Made by a program: the position numbers and the translations under genes. Below are positions 11,325 through 22,484 of a stretch of DNA of 64,000 nt, in pieces; position 1 is the stretch's first letter, and the number at the start of each line of letters is the position of its first letter. This DNA comes from Paramoeba atlantica (lineage: Eukaryota > Protista > Discosea), in assembly GCA_977017575.1 (NCBI GenBank), contig CDRNVI010000007.1, positions 300,102 through 364,101 of the forward strand, given 5' to 3'. A model generated the notes under the pieces. It worked only from the letters and a program-made list of their open reading frames with translations, searched no databases and had not been told where the DNA came from.

Positions 11325-11700
11325 GCAATAATTGTATGCATACCTGCGACCGTCCTATAACTATTACACGTTCCTGTACTACTGGTATGGGTAATGAATA
11401 AAAGGTTTTTGAATAATAAGGTTAGTGAACGCTGAAAAAATGTTAAAAAGGTAATGTTTAAAGGATAAAAGGTAAAATGGCTATAAAACAAAGCAGAGAA
11501 TAGGATAGTAGCAAAGAATAGTAGAGTAGAACCGCACTAAATTGAAACAAAAAAAATCTATTTTTAATAAATTTATATTTTATGAAATATTCTTGTATTC
11601 TAAATAAATCGATAATGTGTCGTAGAGTAGAACGGACCGGTGAAACATAGTTTTGTTCCACATGATTTAAAACCTTGTGAAAATTTCGACTAGCTTTTAC

Positions 11701-13836
11701 ATGTACACGGAGAACGAGAATACATTAGCCGCTGAAATTGGCCTCAACGTGAACGCCTCACCATGGAAAGGGCCAGTTGCGGTTCAGTCTGTCACTCAGA
11801 CTTCCAGTAGCAACGAATTTTCTTACATTGATACTCCTCCGCAAGAGTCATCTTTGCCTAGTTTCTTTCCTCCTTCTATTGACTTGAGCAACGCGCAAGA
11901 AAGCCGTGTGTGTAAGTTCTTCTTACACGGAGGCTGTTCGCGCGGTAGCTCTTGTACTTATCTGCACGAGCTCCCAAAAGACGCTAATTTAACAAAGGAC
12001 AGTGATGGATCCACCAACGTCAAGGGTATGGTTTTCAATTTGAATGCGAAGAACACGTTTACCGCACTTAACAAGCAGTCCAGCGTAGACGTTCTCGTGA
12101 GTTCAGAATCGGGCGCGGCTCACTCAGCTCACGACGCCGCAAATTCGAAGCACTCCACTTCTATGCACACCAGAATGATGTCGGATACAAGCGGGGCGAT
12201 GGTTGGGAACTACGGAAACGTCGATGTATACAACGCTCAGTTCGCTCACTCCAATTCTGCCATGTGGGATACCTTTGCTGCAGTCTCTCAAGCGGGACAT
12301 GATGACCATTCCGGTTACCTGCAAAGTCAGGAATACCCAGAAAACGTGTACGCCTCGTTGGGAGAGTCTGAGGGTGCATACTATGTCTCCGAGCACGATC
12401 CCTACAGTTTTCAGGCGGAACCTCACAACACAAATGTAGGAAACGCAGTGTTGCCCTCTGAAGGCACACATTTCTATGATTTCGAATCGGGGCCATCGTT
12501 TAGCAGACCATCTCAACCCTCGTCACAAGAATCCATCAATGATAAAATGGTGACCGACTATGTACCTGTTCGACAAACCCGGCAAACAACGCGCTCTTCG
12601 TCTTTTCGAGGGTCTTCCACCACGTACAATTCCACCACGTCTACTCTTCAGGCCAGCTTATCATCCTTTGCTGCAGGGACGTCCAGTGGCCTAGTGTCAG
12701 GGAGCAGTCTGAACGTTCATGCAGCACCTCATGAGCCTTCAAGGGGGAAATCATCTTCGGATTTACATTTCTCGAAAGTCTCTTCCGAGCGCCAAGTTTC
12801 CGCTGGGGGCCAAGAAACGTCGAATGACAGTACCACCTTGCTTCGAAATCTCTCAAATATGCCTTCAAGTTCAGGACCTCTTGGGACAAGTTCTAAAAGT
12901 TTGGCCGGACCGAGATCATACGCTGCTGCAGCTCAAAAAGGCTTCAACTCTATCCCTATTCTTGAAAAATCTGCACGTCCTGAAGTGTATGAAAACGATC
13001 TTTCAATCTCCGAAACACCTCTCCCAGTGAACCAACGTACAGAGAAAAATTCGCCAAGTGTAAAGCCGGCATCAATCGTGCAAAGCGGGTGTGGAGTAAA
13101 TTACGCACGCATTACTTCAGGAAGTTTCCGAGCGGATAGTGGAAAGGGACTTCGAGTTTCTGAACTGATTGACCTGAATTCCGAAATAAACTCCGAACAA
13201 GAAGGGGCAGCCACTGCTTCGGAAGGTATCCCGTTCTCTCGTCAAGTACTATCGCGAAATAAACGGCAGGGATTAGGTTCGTCGAATTCGGGGATAGAAT
13301 CCCTACCTTCAAAAGAATGGTTGCAACGCGATTTTTCTGCAGCGCGGGATTCGAAAGCACATGTGCCACATCCCACGAAGGTGCTTCCTTTACCACCTCC
13401 CGTCTTTTGGGCTGCAAGAACACCGAGTAATGAGGTTCGTAAGCTCTTGGAAGCGATACTTCCCGAAATCATCGTCCCTTCCCCGCATCGTGCGACAGAA
13501 AGAAACGGTAATAAGTCGCGGACGTCCCTATATTCGAATTCGGAAGCAGGTAATACAGAGCTTGGTTCCGTCAAAGGATACAATCGTCAGATACTTCATT
13601 CCGGCCAAAAGCATTCCAACAAATACGTGAACGAATCTGGAAAAGCAAAGTCGTACCTGATGCGGTCCAGAGATGGTGAAGGAAGTGGTATTTACGGGCA
13701 TTCCAGCACCGACGAAATTGTCCACAATCGAGCAAGCCGAGGTAGAGCGAATATCTCGAGTGGAATGGGTGACGCCAATTCCCGTCGTTCTGCACAGTTT
13801 TCGGTATACTCACGCACCCGCGAAAATTTGACGTAA
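11701..13836 (+). CDS. CCCH zinc-finger RNA-binding protein, otherwise disordered
   Basis: C-x7-C-x5-C-x3-H (CKFFLHGGCSRGSSCTYLH) starting at 11911; long Ser-rich low-complexity remainder. Confidence 0.8.
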   Translation: MYTENENTLAAEIGLNVNASPWKGPVAVQSVTQTSSSNEFSYIDTPPQESSLPSFFPPSIDLSNAQESRVCKFFLHGGCSRGSSCTYLHELPKDANLTKDSDGSTNVKGMVFNLNAKNTFTALNKQSSVDVLVSSESGAAHSAHDAANSKHSTSMHTRMMSDTSGAMVGNYGNVDVYNAQFAHSNSAMWDTFAAVSQAGHDDHSGYLQSQEYPENVYASLGESEGAYYVSEHDPYSFQAEPHNTNVGNAVLPSEGTHFYDFESGPSFSRPSQPSSQESINDKMVTDYVPVRQTRQTTRSSSFRGSSTTYNSTTSTLQASLSSFAAGTSSGLVSGSSLNVHAAPHEPSRGKSSSDLHFSKVSSERQVSAGGQETSNDSTTLLRNLSNMPSSSGPLGTSSKSLAGPRSYAAAAQKGFNSIPILEKSARPEVYENDLSISETPLPVNQRTEKNSPSVKPASIVQSGCGVNYARITSGSFRADSGKGLRVSELIDLNSEINSEQEGAATASEGIPFSRQVLSRNKRQGLGSSNSGIESLPSKEWLQRDFSAARDSKAHVPHPTKVLPLPPPVFWAARTPSNEVRKLLEAILPEIIVPSPHRATERNGNKSRTSLYSNSEAGNTELGSVKGYNRQILHSGQKHSNKYVNESGKAKSYLMRSRDGEGSGIYGHSSTDEIVHNRASRGRANISSGMGDANSRRSAQFSVYSRTRENLT

Positions 13837-14359
13837 TCTTTGGCATCGCAATTTGTCAAATGAAACTGTGAAAAATAAAATTCTCTTACGAAACTATGAT
13901 CTGATATTTCTGGTTATTTTTACTTCTATCGAGTCTCTATTATTCAACCTACTGTACAGCCCCTCATTTATATTGTATGCTCTATTATCTTTCTCAAAAA
14001 TGCATGAGAAAACGTGACAATTCTTAATTTATAGTGAATACTATCAATGTATGAGATGGCTTATACAAAGTATGTATCAATATACTGATGAGCAAAGATA
14101 TACGTATTCTTGTAACTCGTTTAACTATTACTCCTATTAATAGACCCAATACGAAGATCGTTTGGGTCTGGCTCGTTCAAATTATTGCTCTCAATGTGTG
14201 CAGGGTCATTGTGAAAATATGGTAAACAATTTCTTTCAAAGCATCAAATGAATGGTTTGTTCTTAACATCGGACTGCTTTAATCGTCGGTTGCCGTCCAT
14301 CAAGTATAAACCGCTATTTATATTTTTTTATTCGGAAATCTCACTTTTGATATGAAGTG

Positions 14360-15811
14360 ATGGATCCTGGATCAAGTAATACGCACGTCAAAATGGACAA
14401 TAAAATGTTTTGCCCCCTGCGAAATGATTTGTGCACTGTAATGGAGACTGAACGCAACGAACGGTACAACATTGATTTTTTGACGCATTCCGAACGACTT
14501 TCTATGACTAGTTCTCCGGTCTCCGAAACTTCTTCTTTTACGTCTGGTGGGACCCCCAATGAAAGTCTTATTGAGGAAGCATTCAGTGTTCCATCTCCTT
14601 TGACAAGAGCACAAAGCTTCGAAGAACATGAGGTGTTCTCCGAAGAAGGGTCCAATACACCTTTTCATGACAATGTCGAATCCAATGAGGAAACACGTGT
14701 TGACGGTTGGAATTATTTCTCAAGGGGAAGTACTTCTACCCCAATCTCACCTTTAGAGATTCGAAGTTCCAAGAAAAACGTCTCTATTCAACTTCTCGCA
14801 AGAGACCTCATGAATATTGAATTATGGCAGAAAAAAGAAGTGACGAACCCGGATAAATCGGATAAAGAAATTGGGGACTTGTCCAACGTTCCATCTACGG
14901 CCCCTGCTCCGGTAGCTTGGCATAACAACTCTAAAAAACTCACTTATCCGACAAAGTTCATGCTACCAGCTGCAACTGTAGGCGAATCTTTTCAACAAGA
15001 TCCAGAAACAAAACCACATACACCGTCCTTGAATATCTCCCAAGATCATCCTCACGACGCCTACGACAAGGAATGTCCCAATCATAAAAGTCGGCCATAC
15101 TTTACATCTCCCACTCAAGCCTCGACAGCAAGAAAAGCAGTGCTGGAAGCTTCATCAGTTTCTGTTGTTCAAGTGTTAGAAGAAAATCAAACTCGTGTTC
15201 CGTCTTCAAAGCTTAACATTATTCATGAAACTGGCGGTTGTATCGCGAAGAACACAAGGAGTGATTCGAACTCTCGAATTTTTCAGACAGGTCCTCGTCA
15301 ACCATATCATCCACCGAACAGGATGACTCCATTTTCTTCTTATAGAAAATCCTCTGTCGCACCGTTAGCAGGTGGTATGTACCCCCCTCCTCCTCTTCAG
15401 GTGCCGTTTCACACGAATCCGCCACCATTGATGAACGCACACGTTTTTCCTTTTCAGCATGAAGGGCTGTCATCTCCCTTCCAGCACCTTCCCTACGGGT
15501 TACCATCCGTTGACGCCGTGCGAAATGGAATGCATCCAAGCTTATTTTTTCCCCTTGACCTCAGTGCGAGCACTCCGAATGCAGGGGCTGGTTCCGCTGG
15601 ACTGACATGTTTTGCATGCCGCGGGGTCGGTCACAAGGCGACCCAGTGCCCACACAACCCTCGGCCTGTTGTCGCGACCCCCGATATCGATGTTGTCGTG
15701 ACGTGCGCGATCCACGGCAAGTCACGTACTTCTAAAAATATGTTTTTCAACAATCGTTTTGGAGTCTGGCAGTGCTTCTCCGAGACGAAATGTAAAAGCG
15801 TGGTACCATAA
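14360..15811 (+). CDS. CCHC zinc-knuckle protein with a second C-terminal Cys/His finger
   Basis: CFACRGVGHKATQC (C-x2-C-x4-H-x4-C) at 15608-15649 and CAIHGKSR...WQCFSETKC at 15704-15793. Confidence 0.78.
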   Translation: MDPGSSNTHVKMDNKMFCPLRNDLCTVMETERNERYNIDFLTHSERLSMTSSPVSETSSFTSGGTPNESLIEEAFSVPSPLTRAQSFEEHEVFSEEGSNTPFHDNVESNEETRVDGWNYFSRGSTSTPISPLEIRSSKKNVSIQLLARDLMNIELWQKKEVTNPDKSDKEIGDLSNVPSTAPAPVAWHNNSKKLTYPTKFMLPAATVGESFQQDPETKPHTPSLNISQDHPHDAYDKECPNHKSRPYFTSPTQASTARKAVLEASSVSVVQVLEENQTRVPSSKLNIIHETGGCIAKNTRSDSNSRIFQTGPRQPYHPPNRMTPFSSYRKSSVAPLAGGMYPPPPLQVPFHTNPPPLMNAHVFPFQHEGLSSPFQHLPYGLPSVDAVRNGMHPSLFFPLDLSASTPNAGAGSAGLTCFACRGVGHKATQCPHNPRPVVATPDIDVVVTCAIHGKSRTSKNMFFNNRFGVWQCFSETKCKSVVP

Positions 15812-16577
15812 CATTTATTGATTTGAAGAAGGCCTGTTATGGGATTCTTCCAGTTTAGCTATTAAAAATTTTGTTATTTATTTATTAACTCTGATATTGT
15901 ATGAATCCTTATTTTGATAGAGTATTTACTGTGTAGAATGTACTTTGTACATGTAAATATTTGTCCCCTTTGTTCTATCCGAACTCCCGTGTGGCAGATG
16001 TCACAAGCCTCTTCTTTACCTACTTCTGTAGTTGCTATTAGAAGATTGGAGATCGGGGTACCTTCTGCGCTTTGGGCTTTTTAACATGAATGTGGAATAC
16101 GTTTTTCGAGCCGAATCTTGTAAAAAGTTTTTGTCCCGAACAATCTTTTTGTTATCATCGTAGTAGTTTATAGATGCTACTAAAAGGTTGTATTCGTTTG
16201 CTCATTTCTAGTTATTGTATTTTATCTACAGTGCAATGTTAGGCATACAGTATCCAAACAATTGATACTATGCGAAGTGTTTAACTTTTTTGCTGAATTT
16301 GGCGCTCCTATGAACGTCGCGTTTTATAATGGAGTTACTGCTCCCCAAACTTAGTTAAATTTAAAAAAGGTTTAACTATTTCTTATTATTTAACTGAGTT
16401 TGCTACTTTTATATCGAACGTAACTAATCTTGCTGAATTTTTAGACGAATAATACATTTGTACTATGTAGCACGTAATTTACTTCTTTTAGAATTGGAGA
16501 ATTATTTTTTTTATCTGCATTGTCAAAAAATATCTTGATTTATGACTGTTGGATCGTAGATCTTAACTTTTCAGGTT

Positions 16578-18068
16578 ATGACACGCCACATGTCACCAGA
16601 AAATCTCCGACAACGATGGGAGCGTCAAAGCGTAATATCGGTTTACGTTATGTGCCTAGCAGGTTTCTGGTATGTTGCTGGGCTGTTCTCCTACTCGGGT
16701 TATATGGCAAAAGAGTTCCACCCTGAATTACCGAAAGCAAAAGTAGGATATTATGCAGGTGCACTCAATGGCGTCTTCTTCTTGGGTCGTTTTCTAAACG
16801 GCATCCCTCTTGGATTTGCTGTGGACTACTACGGCACAATGGCCCCCATGATGCTAACGTGTGCCTCAGGTGTGATCCTTCCTATAATTTTCGCAATATG
16901 CCCTACATATTGGTGGGCTCTTTCCATTTGTCTTCTTTATGGTTTTTGTAACGGCACAGTGCTTTTAGCAAAAGTTCGGCTAGCATATATTCTTTCTCCT
17001 GAACGCAGTGCGTATCCTCTAAGTTACATTGGTGCCATATGGGGCATAGTTAACGTTATTGCTCCTGCACTCGCGGGGTCGCTTAGCTACGCTGCTACGA
17101 AATACGACGCCATTGGGCGAGCAATACCTGGACTACAGTGGTTTCCTTTTTTACTGCCTAATCTTATTGCATCGCTACTCAATTTATGCGCCCTATGCAC
17201 TCTTTTGATCGAATTCAGACTGCAAAAGCAAGTATTGAAAGCTGAAAAACTGTCTACCTCTACTCAGGAGACGCCTGACAAGAGCTGCCACAATAACACT
17301 GATTCTCATTCTTCGTCTACCGTATCTCTACCCTTACAGGACGAAGACTCGACTACACATAAGAGCACTCATCCTATTCCAGCAGAGAAGACTTTTATTC
17401 AATACGTATTGACAAATCAAACACAACTATTGCGGGTGACTTTACTTTTTGCCATGGCGAGTGGTCTGAGGTGCGTTGGAGCAGAAGTATTTCCTCTACT
17501 CCTAATGTTGCCGCAATCTGAAGGTGGATACGGAATGGGTACCGATGGTATTGGTATAATGAGCGCTATACAAGGGGCAATCATGATTATCGCCTCATAC
17601 TTGGCACCGATCATCACTACGAGATATGGTTACCGGGAATGCACGCTGTGGACGATTCTCCTTACAATACCACTTTACAATTCTATTCCGTTTCTTTCAT
17701 TTCTTCCTCAGTACGTAAACCTGGTTGCCTTGACTGTTGTAATGGGTCTAGCGAGACAAATATTCGGACATATTATGTTTAACGCCACGCTTGTGATGTC
17801 GAATTTTTGCACTCACAAGTCATATCTTGCGCGTGTATCAGCAGTAGGGACTTCGATACAAAGCCTGCTTTTATTCTTTGTGCCAACATTTGCTTGCTCT
17901 GTTTTTGCCTGGTCTGCTTCACAAGAACACGAATTTTGGGCTTGCCCGCTCCCTTTCCCAACGAATCTAAGTTCTGTTTTTATACTTTACGCTATAGCAG
18001 CTATTTTAACTTTTTTCACTGCTCTCAAATTACGACCGGAGAGGAATTTTCCGGTAGAATCCACGTAG
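16578..18068 (+). CDS. MFS transporter (ZIFL/DHA1-like)
   Basis: About 12 hydrophobic segments with a central hydrophilic loop; GFAVDYYG and ITTRYG loop motifs. Confidence 0.85.
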   Translation: MTRHMSPENLRQRWERQSVISVYVMCLAGFWYVAGLFSYSGYMAKEFHPELPKAKVGYYAGALNGVFFLGRFLNGIPLGFAVDYYGTMAPMMLTCASGVILPIIFAICPTYWWALSICLLYGFCNGTVLLAKVRLAYILSPERSAYPLSYIGAIWGIVNVIAPALAGSLSYAATKYDAIGRAIPGLQWFPFLLPNLIASLLNLCALCTLLIEFRLQKQVLKAEKLSTSTQETPDKSCHNNTDSHSSSTVSLPLQDEDSTTHKSTHPIPAEKTFIQYVLTNQTQLLRVTLLFAMASGLRCVGAEVFPLLLMLPQSEGGYGMGTDGIGIMSAIQGAIMIIASYLAPIITTRYGYRECTLWTILLTIPLYNSIPFLSFLPQYVNLVALTVVMGLARQIFGHIMFNATLVMSNFCTHKSYLARVSAVGTSIQSLLLFFVPTFACSVFAWSASQEHEFWACPLPFPTNLSSVFILYAIAAILTFFTALKLRPERNFPVEST

Positions 18069-18570
18069 TTTATCGCCTCTGACGAGTAATGTAGAACGTT
18101 TTGCTGACATTTTTTCTAAGGAAACGATATCATGGGCTTTTTTCTTGTGTAATAATGGAACCCATGCAGTCTTGGCTCGCAGTGGCTGGCAACATTTGAC
18201 AGCGAACGGCAGTAAATGGCAGCGTATGACACAAAATTGAGAAAAATGACGTATAGAAATTAACTTTCTTTTTTAGGGTATTGGTTAAACGCGGTAGTTG
18301 AGGGGCTGCGGGTACTTCGACCGAGACCACGGTTTGTATTTTCGGTGGGAAGAGATACAAAAACTGGCAAAAGTTTACATTTGTTTATCATTTTTATGTG
18401 GAATTTCCGATTCGGTATACGCTTCTAGCTATATTTTCCTTTGTTTCTTTCTCTGAATCAATTTCTTCCTTTTTACTAACATAGTACATAGTAACATAAT
18501 TCTTCTTTTCCCGTAAACTTTTCTCCTAAATGTTTATGACTATCGAGAGCAATGGAGCCCATGCAAGTGT

Positions 18571-18650
18571 GGCTTGCACTCGCTGGCACAAGTTGGCACT
18601 GGCTGGCATAAGTTGGCACTGGCTGGCATAAGTTGGCACTGGCTGGCACA
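18571..18650. repeat. tandem array of 8 decamers (20-bp higher-order unit AGTTGGCACTGGCTGGCATA)
   Basis: Read directly; related units recur at ~18173-18190, 19468-19510 and 19619-19660. Confidence 0.9.
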
Positions 18651-19199
18651 GAATTTAGGTTCAGATTAAGCAAACTATCCTTACTAATGTATTCTCTCTT
18701 AGTATTTACAATATTGTTATTCCGCACCCAATTACCTTCATACAATTTCCTTCATATTATCTATATAATTACCTTCAGCCAGATTGTTGTAAGGACGAAT
18801 CTGAGTGACAACCCCTCTTCAAGTTTCGCAAACGTTCCCTAAGTTATTTCATAAAACAATTGCTGACTGCAGTAGCTTCTTAATGTTTCGTGCGGCATGT
18901 AAAACGGGGGGCGGATTAATGTTACATTTCCCCGCTAAATAGGGGGGAAGGTGGTAGCTATGGGGTATGGAGGCCTTCACGCAACTCTGGGGCCTCACCG
19001 GGAGCAAAGGTGAAATTATTAGCCGGTTTATGTCGCAGACGGGTAAACAAGATCTAGGTCCATTGGCCCGGCCGAACGCACGGAGGGGCCGGCCGGGAGC
19101 AAAAGTGAATTTATTTAATTCCATTTTTTGGCAATGTGAAAAACCTAAAATTTCCAGTCAACCTCAAATTTCGCGAAAACCAACGAAAAATGATCATAC

Positions 19200-19440
19200 T
19201 TTTTAAGGGGTGAATTTTTTTAAGGGGTCGAAAATTTTCTAAGGACTCGAAAAAAATTTAAGGGCTCGATTTTTTTTCAACTTTTATGCCAGATAAAGGT
19301 GCAGAATTTATGCAATACAAAGGTGCAGCTTAATATGCAAGGTAAAGGTGCATTATGTAATATAAGGTGAATTATGCAATATTAAGGTGCAGATTAGTAT
19401 GCAATATAAGTGGCCACTTTTTATGCCAGATAAAGGTACG
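19200..19440. repeat. two adjacent degenerate tandem arrays (~19-bp AAGGGGTCGAAAATTTTT x4; ~22-bp TATGCAATATAAAGGTGCAG x6-7)
   Basis: Read directly; the second unit recurs at ~29450-29475. Confidence 0.75.
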
Positions 19441-20146
19441 AGTGGGTCCCCTAGAATAATGGCCGTTGTGGCTTGCACTGGCTGGCACAAGTTGGCACTG
19501 GCTTGCAGTGGAGGTATGCATGGGATCCCTTGAAGCGTACCTTCAAGACATGAAGGACTAAATGTACGAGTAACCAGATGGTTTGGCTTCAGGGAGAAAG
19601 GCTCTCAGAGGACGTTTTTGGCTCGCAGTGGCTGGAAGCATTTGGCACTGGCTCGCAGTGGCGGTCTGCATGGGTTCCAATGTTGAGGTGATGTCTAGCT
19701 TCCGCCCTCGATTATTGAAAAACAGTAATGAATAGTGGAGCAATGTGCAGTGCGGTCTCCGCAAAAAATCAAATTGTGGAATTAAATGTTTTAAGTTCAT
19801 CTGTAAACATTTTATTCGTGTAAATCAGACACCTGTAAATGTACTGAATCACCCAGTAGCTATAAAAAAAATTACTATGTCCTTACGAAAAGATAGTATA
19901 CTTGGGTGAGACAAACATTACCCGTCGCACATCGAAATATCTAGAGTTGATCCAGGATCTTTACATGATGAAATAAGCATGTGTAGTGCGCGTCTGAAGT
20001 AATGACGATGAAAACATGCTCTGATATTTTTCTTTGGGAATCATGGGACAAAGTAAGAAATGCTAAACAGAAAAGCTAGACAAGTGCAGTTCGTCGCTGT
20101 CATTGTTGGGCTGTTTAATCCGAGAATTTCAGGGAGACTGGGGATA

Positions 20147-20630
20147 GAGTCGGACAAAAGGAAATAACACGCAAAAATTATGCGTAACTTGTCCGGTACG
20201 CCTGAAGGAAAGGTTTTTGTAAAAAAGGAGTGGAGGCGTCAACTATGGTGAAAATGTACCCTAAAATGCGAACTTTTTAAAAAACTTCTAAGAAGAGATA
20301 AATGCGATTTGGCATATTCTAAGATACAAACTCCTGGCCACCAATAATATCTTACATCCCAATAATAAAATATCTTATTTCTAAGAAGGATGCGGCAGGT
20401 GTGCCAAAATACAACAGTTCAAAGCATATTTATGTTGTTTCGCGCAAAAAGGGTGTTACTGCAAGCCCTCGAACTGCTCGTCGAGATTTGAGGCAAGCAG
20501 GGCATCAGTATAGGCCATGCCTAATTTCACAAGGGCTCACCGCTGTACAAAAAGAAAAACGCGTGCAGTTTTCTTTAAATTACAAAGAGGGCACATCGAA
20601 ATTGATATTCTATTAGAATATCAAAAAGTA
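20147..20630 (+). mobile_element. 5' fragment of a Tc1-like element with degraded transposase
   Basis: KKGVTASPRTARRDLRQAGHQY...GLTAVQKEKRVQFSLNY (20401-20616) is a Tc1 HTH/linker and aligns with the transposase at 21151-22146; possible left end TA|GAGTCGGACAAAAG at 20145. Confidence 0.7.
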
Positions 20631-20998
20631 AAGTTTTTCAAACACTTTAAAGTTTTTATAGCACTATAAATGGCATTTATAGCGCTGTACCCTCCCCTGT
20701 TTATAATAGCCTCGACCCCTCCCCCCCTTTATAGGTTCTTTTTGGCAAACTCGGAAAGATTTTTTCAAATTTTCTTGCACTGTCATAAATATTTTGATAT
20801 TTATTTTCATATGGTTCTTCGAGGTATGGCGCGTGTTCGTGCTGGACATTTTACTTTGGAAGAGCGCCGGGGCCCACTTAGCGATTGAATAATTCCTGGT
20901 TCCTCGCCCCCAAATGTAGGGCGATTTCTGTGCCAACTCTTAATCTTCAATCGCCCTCCCCCCTTTATAGGTTCATTTGGGCAAAAGCGAGGCTATTA

Positions 20999-22329
20999 AA
21001 CCCCCGCTCACGAAAAGTGACCCCCTTCTTTTTTTTGTACAAATGTCCGTTTGAGCTGATTTTTGTTGCATTTTGCAGATCTCAACACAAGGACTTTGCG
21101 CGTGAAGAAATGGGACAAAAAGAAACGAATACGCACAATTTAGAGAAGAATTACCATTTTGTCACTTTTTCGCCCTTCAATCTTATACACTCCTTAAGCC
21201 GAGAATCAAAACTTAATACTGTTTTGTCGATCACTTTTTGAGCTAAAGAAGACCATGCTTTACGTACACATCGGATAAGTGAAGGTTTGTCCGATGGCGT
21301 TTGTTCGTCTACCGCCTCTTGGACCATAGACAGACGTTTTCTATGGGGGAAAGGTCGGGCGAGTTGGGGGGCCAGTTTCTTAGAACATCACTCATTCGAT
21401 TCTCAATATACTCTTTGGAGGCACAGGCAGTATGTGCCGTTGCCCCATCCTGTTGAAATACACTATTAGGGGGGAAAGCTACCTGTTTTAATGTTTCTAT
21501 GTACGTCTCACTTGTAATAGATGTATCATTTCGTAGAATAACCAAATACCTCCACCCCACTCCTACAGCACCCCAAACTTGGCATCTTGGTGCCCAACGT
21601 ACTTTTTGACGCGGGGCTGCTTTTTGACCGCGCTTTACCCACATGTGTCTTCTGCTATCGTTGGTATCAAATATCTTTTCGTCCGTAAAAATAACACGGG
21701 CAGTATCCAATTTGTAATTCAAAGCAAATTGAACTCTTTTTTGCTTTTGTCGTTCGGTAAGCCCTTGGGCCGAGCGGCATAATTGTAATCCAGCGATGCT
21801 AGATCTCGCTTTACAGTGCTTTGCGAAACTTGTATACCTTTTTTACACAGTTGTCCTTTTATACGCCTTGAAGAATTGAATTTTGGTACCCCAGCGGGGT
21901 CGAGAGGAGCCAATATCTTTTCAATTTTCTTTTTGCGAGATTCGATTTTTTTAATGGTCACAGGACTCAAAGTGTATTCCCCGCTACATTTTTTTCGTTC
22001 AGATATTTTTTGATTATCCTTCTAGAGACGTTAAAATCACTGGATGATTGTTTTATCGGAACACCTTCTCCCCGTCTCATCTTCAAAAGAACCATACCAC
22101 TATCTGTAAGCCCCCCTTTTGGGAGCCGATATGGTGATTTGCTCATTTTTGGAAAAAAACGTTGAAAAACCAATTATTATTTTTGACTAAATTTTAAAAA
22201 TTTAAAATGAGCTAAAAACAGCGGGAACGTACGGATCTCGAAATTTTGAACGAAAAAGTGGTATGATAACCCACCCACGCCCCCCTGTGCTAAAAATAAG
22301 AGGGGGTCACTTATTCGTGAGCGGGGGTT
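20999..22329 (-). mobile_element. Tc1/IS630-like DNA transposon, 1331 bp
   Basis: ~29-bp TIRs AACCCCCGCTCACGAA(T)AAGTGACCCCCT; TA at 20997-20998 and 22330-22331; internal transposase. Confidence 0.88.
21151..22146 (-). pseudogene. DD35E transposase split by three single-base deletions
   Basis: VIFTDEK / FQQDGATAH / WPPNSPDLSPIE with 35 residues between D2 and E; restoring one base each at ~21980, ~21760 and ~21320 gives a continuous 332-aa ORF. Confidence 0.85.
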
Positions 22330-22389
22330 TATAAACGGGGGGGTACAGTACTATAATTTTTTTTGAAATACTATAAACTATATAATTTA

Positions 22390-22484
22390 GGCTCTTCGTT
22401 AAACGCGGTGGTTATTTTCAACTTAGAAGTCACTTATGCTGCGCGCTTCGCGTTGAAAACTACCACCGCGTTTAACGAAGAGCC
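22390..22484. mobile_element. 95-bp miniature inverted-repeat element
   Basis: Perfect 23-bp IR GGCTCTTCGTTAAACGCGGTGGT, continuing with mismatches; TA on both sides (22388-22389, 22485-22486). Confidence 0.7.

Larger units (their letters stand above)
18156..19679. mobile_element. unclassified nested inverted-repeat elements with decamer subterminal repeats
   Basis: Perfect 14-bp IR TGGAACCCATGCAG (18156-18169 / 19666-19679) and inner 11/12 IR (~18554-18565 / 19517-19528), each beside (T)GGCTGGCAC-type decamers. Confidence 0.45.
20685..22348. mobile_element. ~330-bp MITE (TIR CTGTACCC...GTTTATAATAGCCTCG) whose right TIR is interrupted by a Tc1-like element
   Basis: Left TIR at 20685; removing 20999-22329 plus one TA restores CGAGGCTATTATAAACGGGGGGGTACAG, the near-exact reverse complement; TA at 22349-22350. 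Confidence 0.75.

Noticed and set aside
18571-18650. Regular repeats suggesting a CRISPR array
   Set aside because: Units are directly adjacent with no unique spacers, no cas genes are present, and the context is eukaryotic
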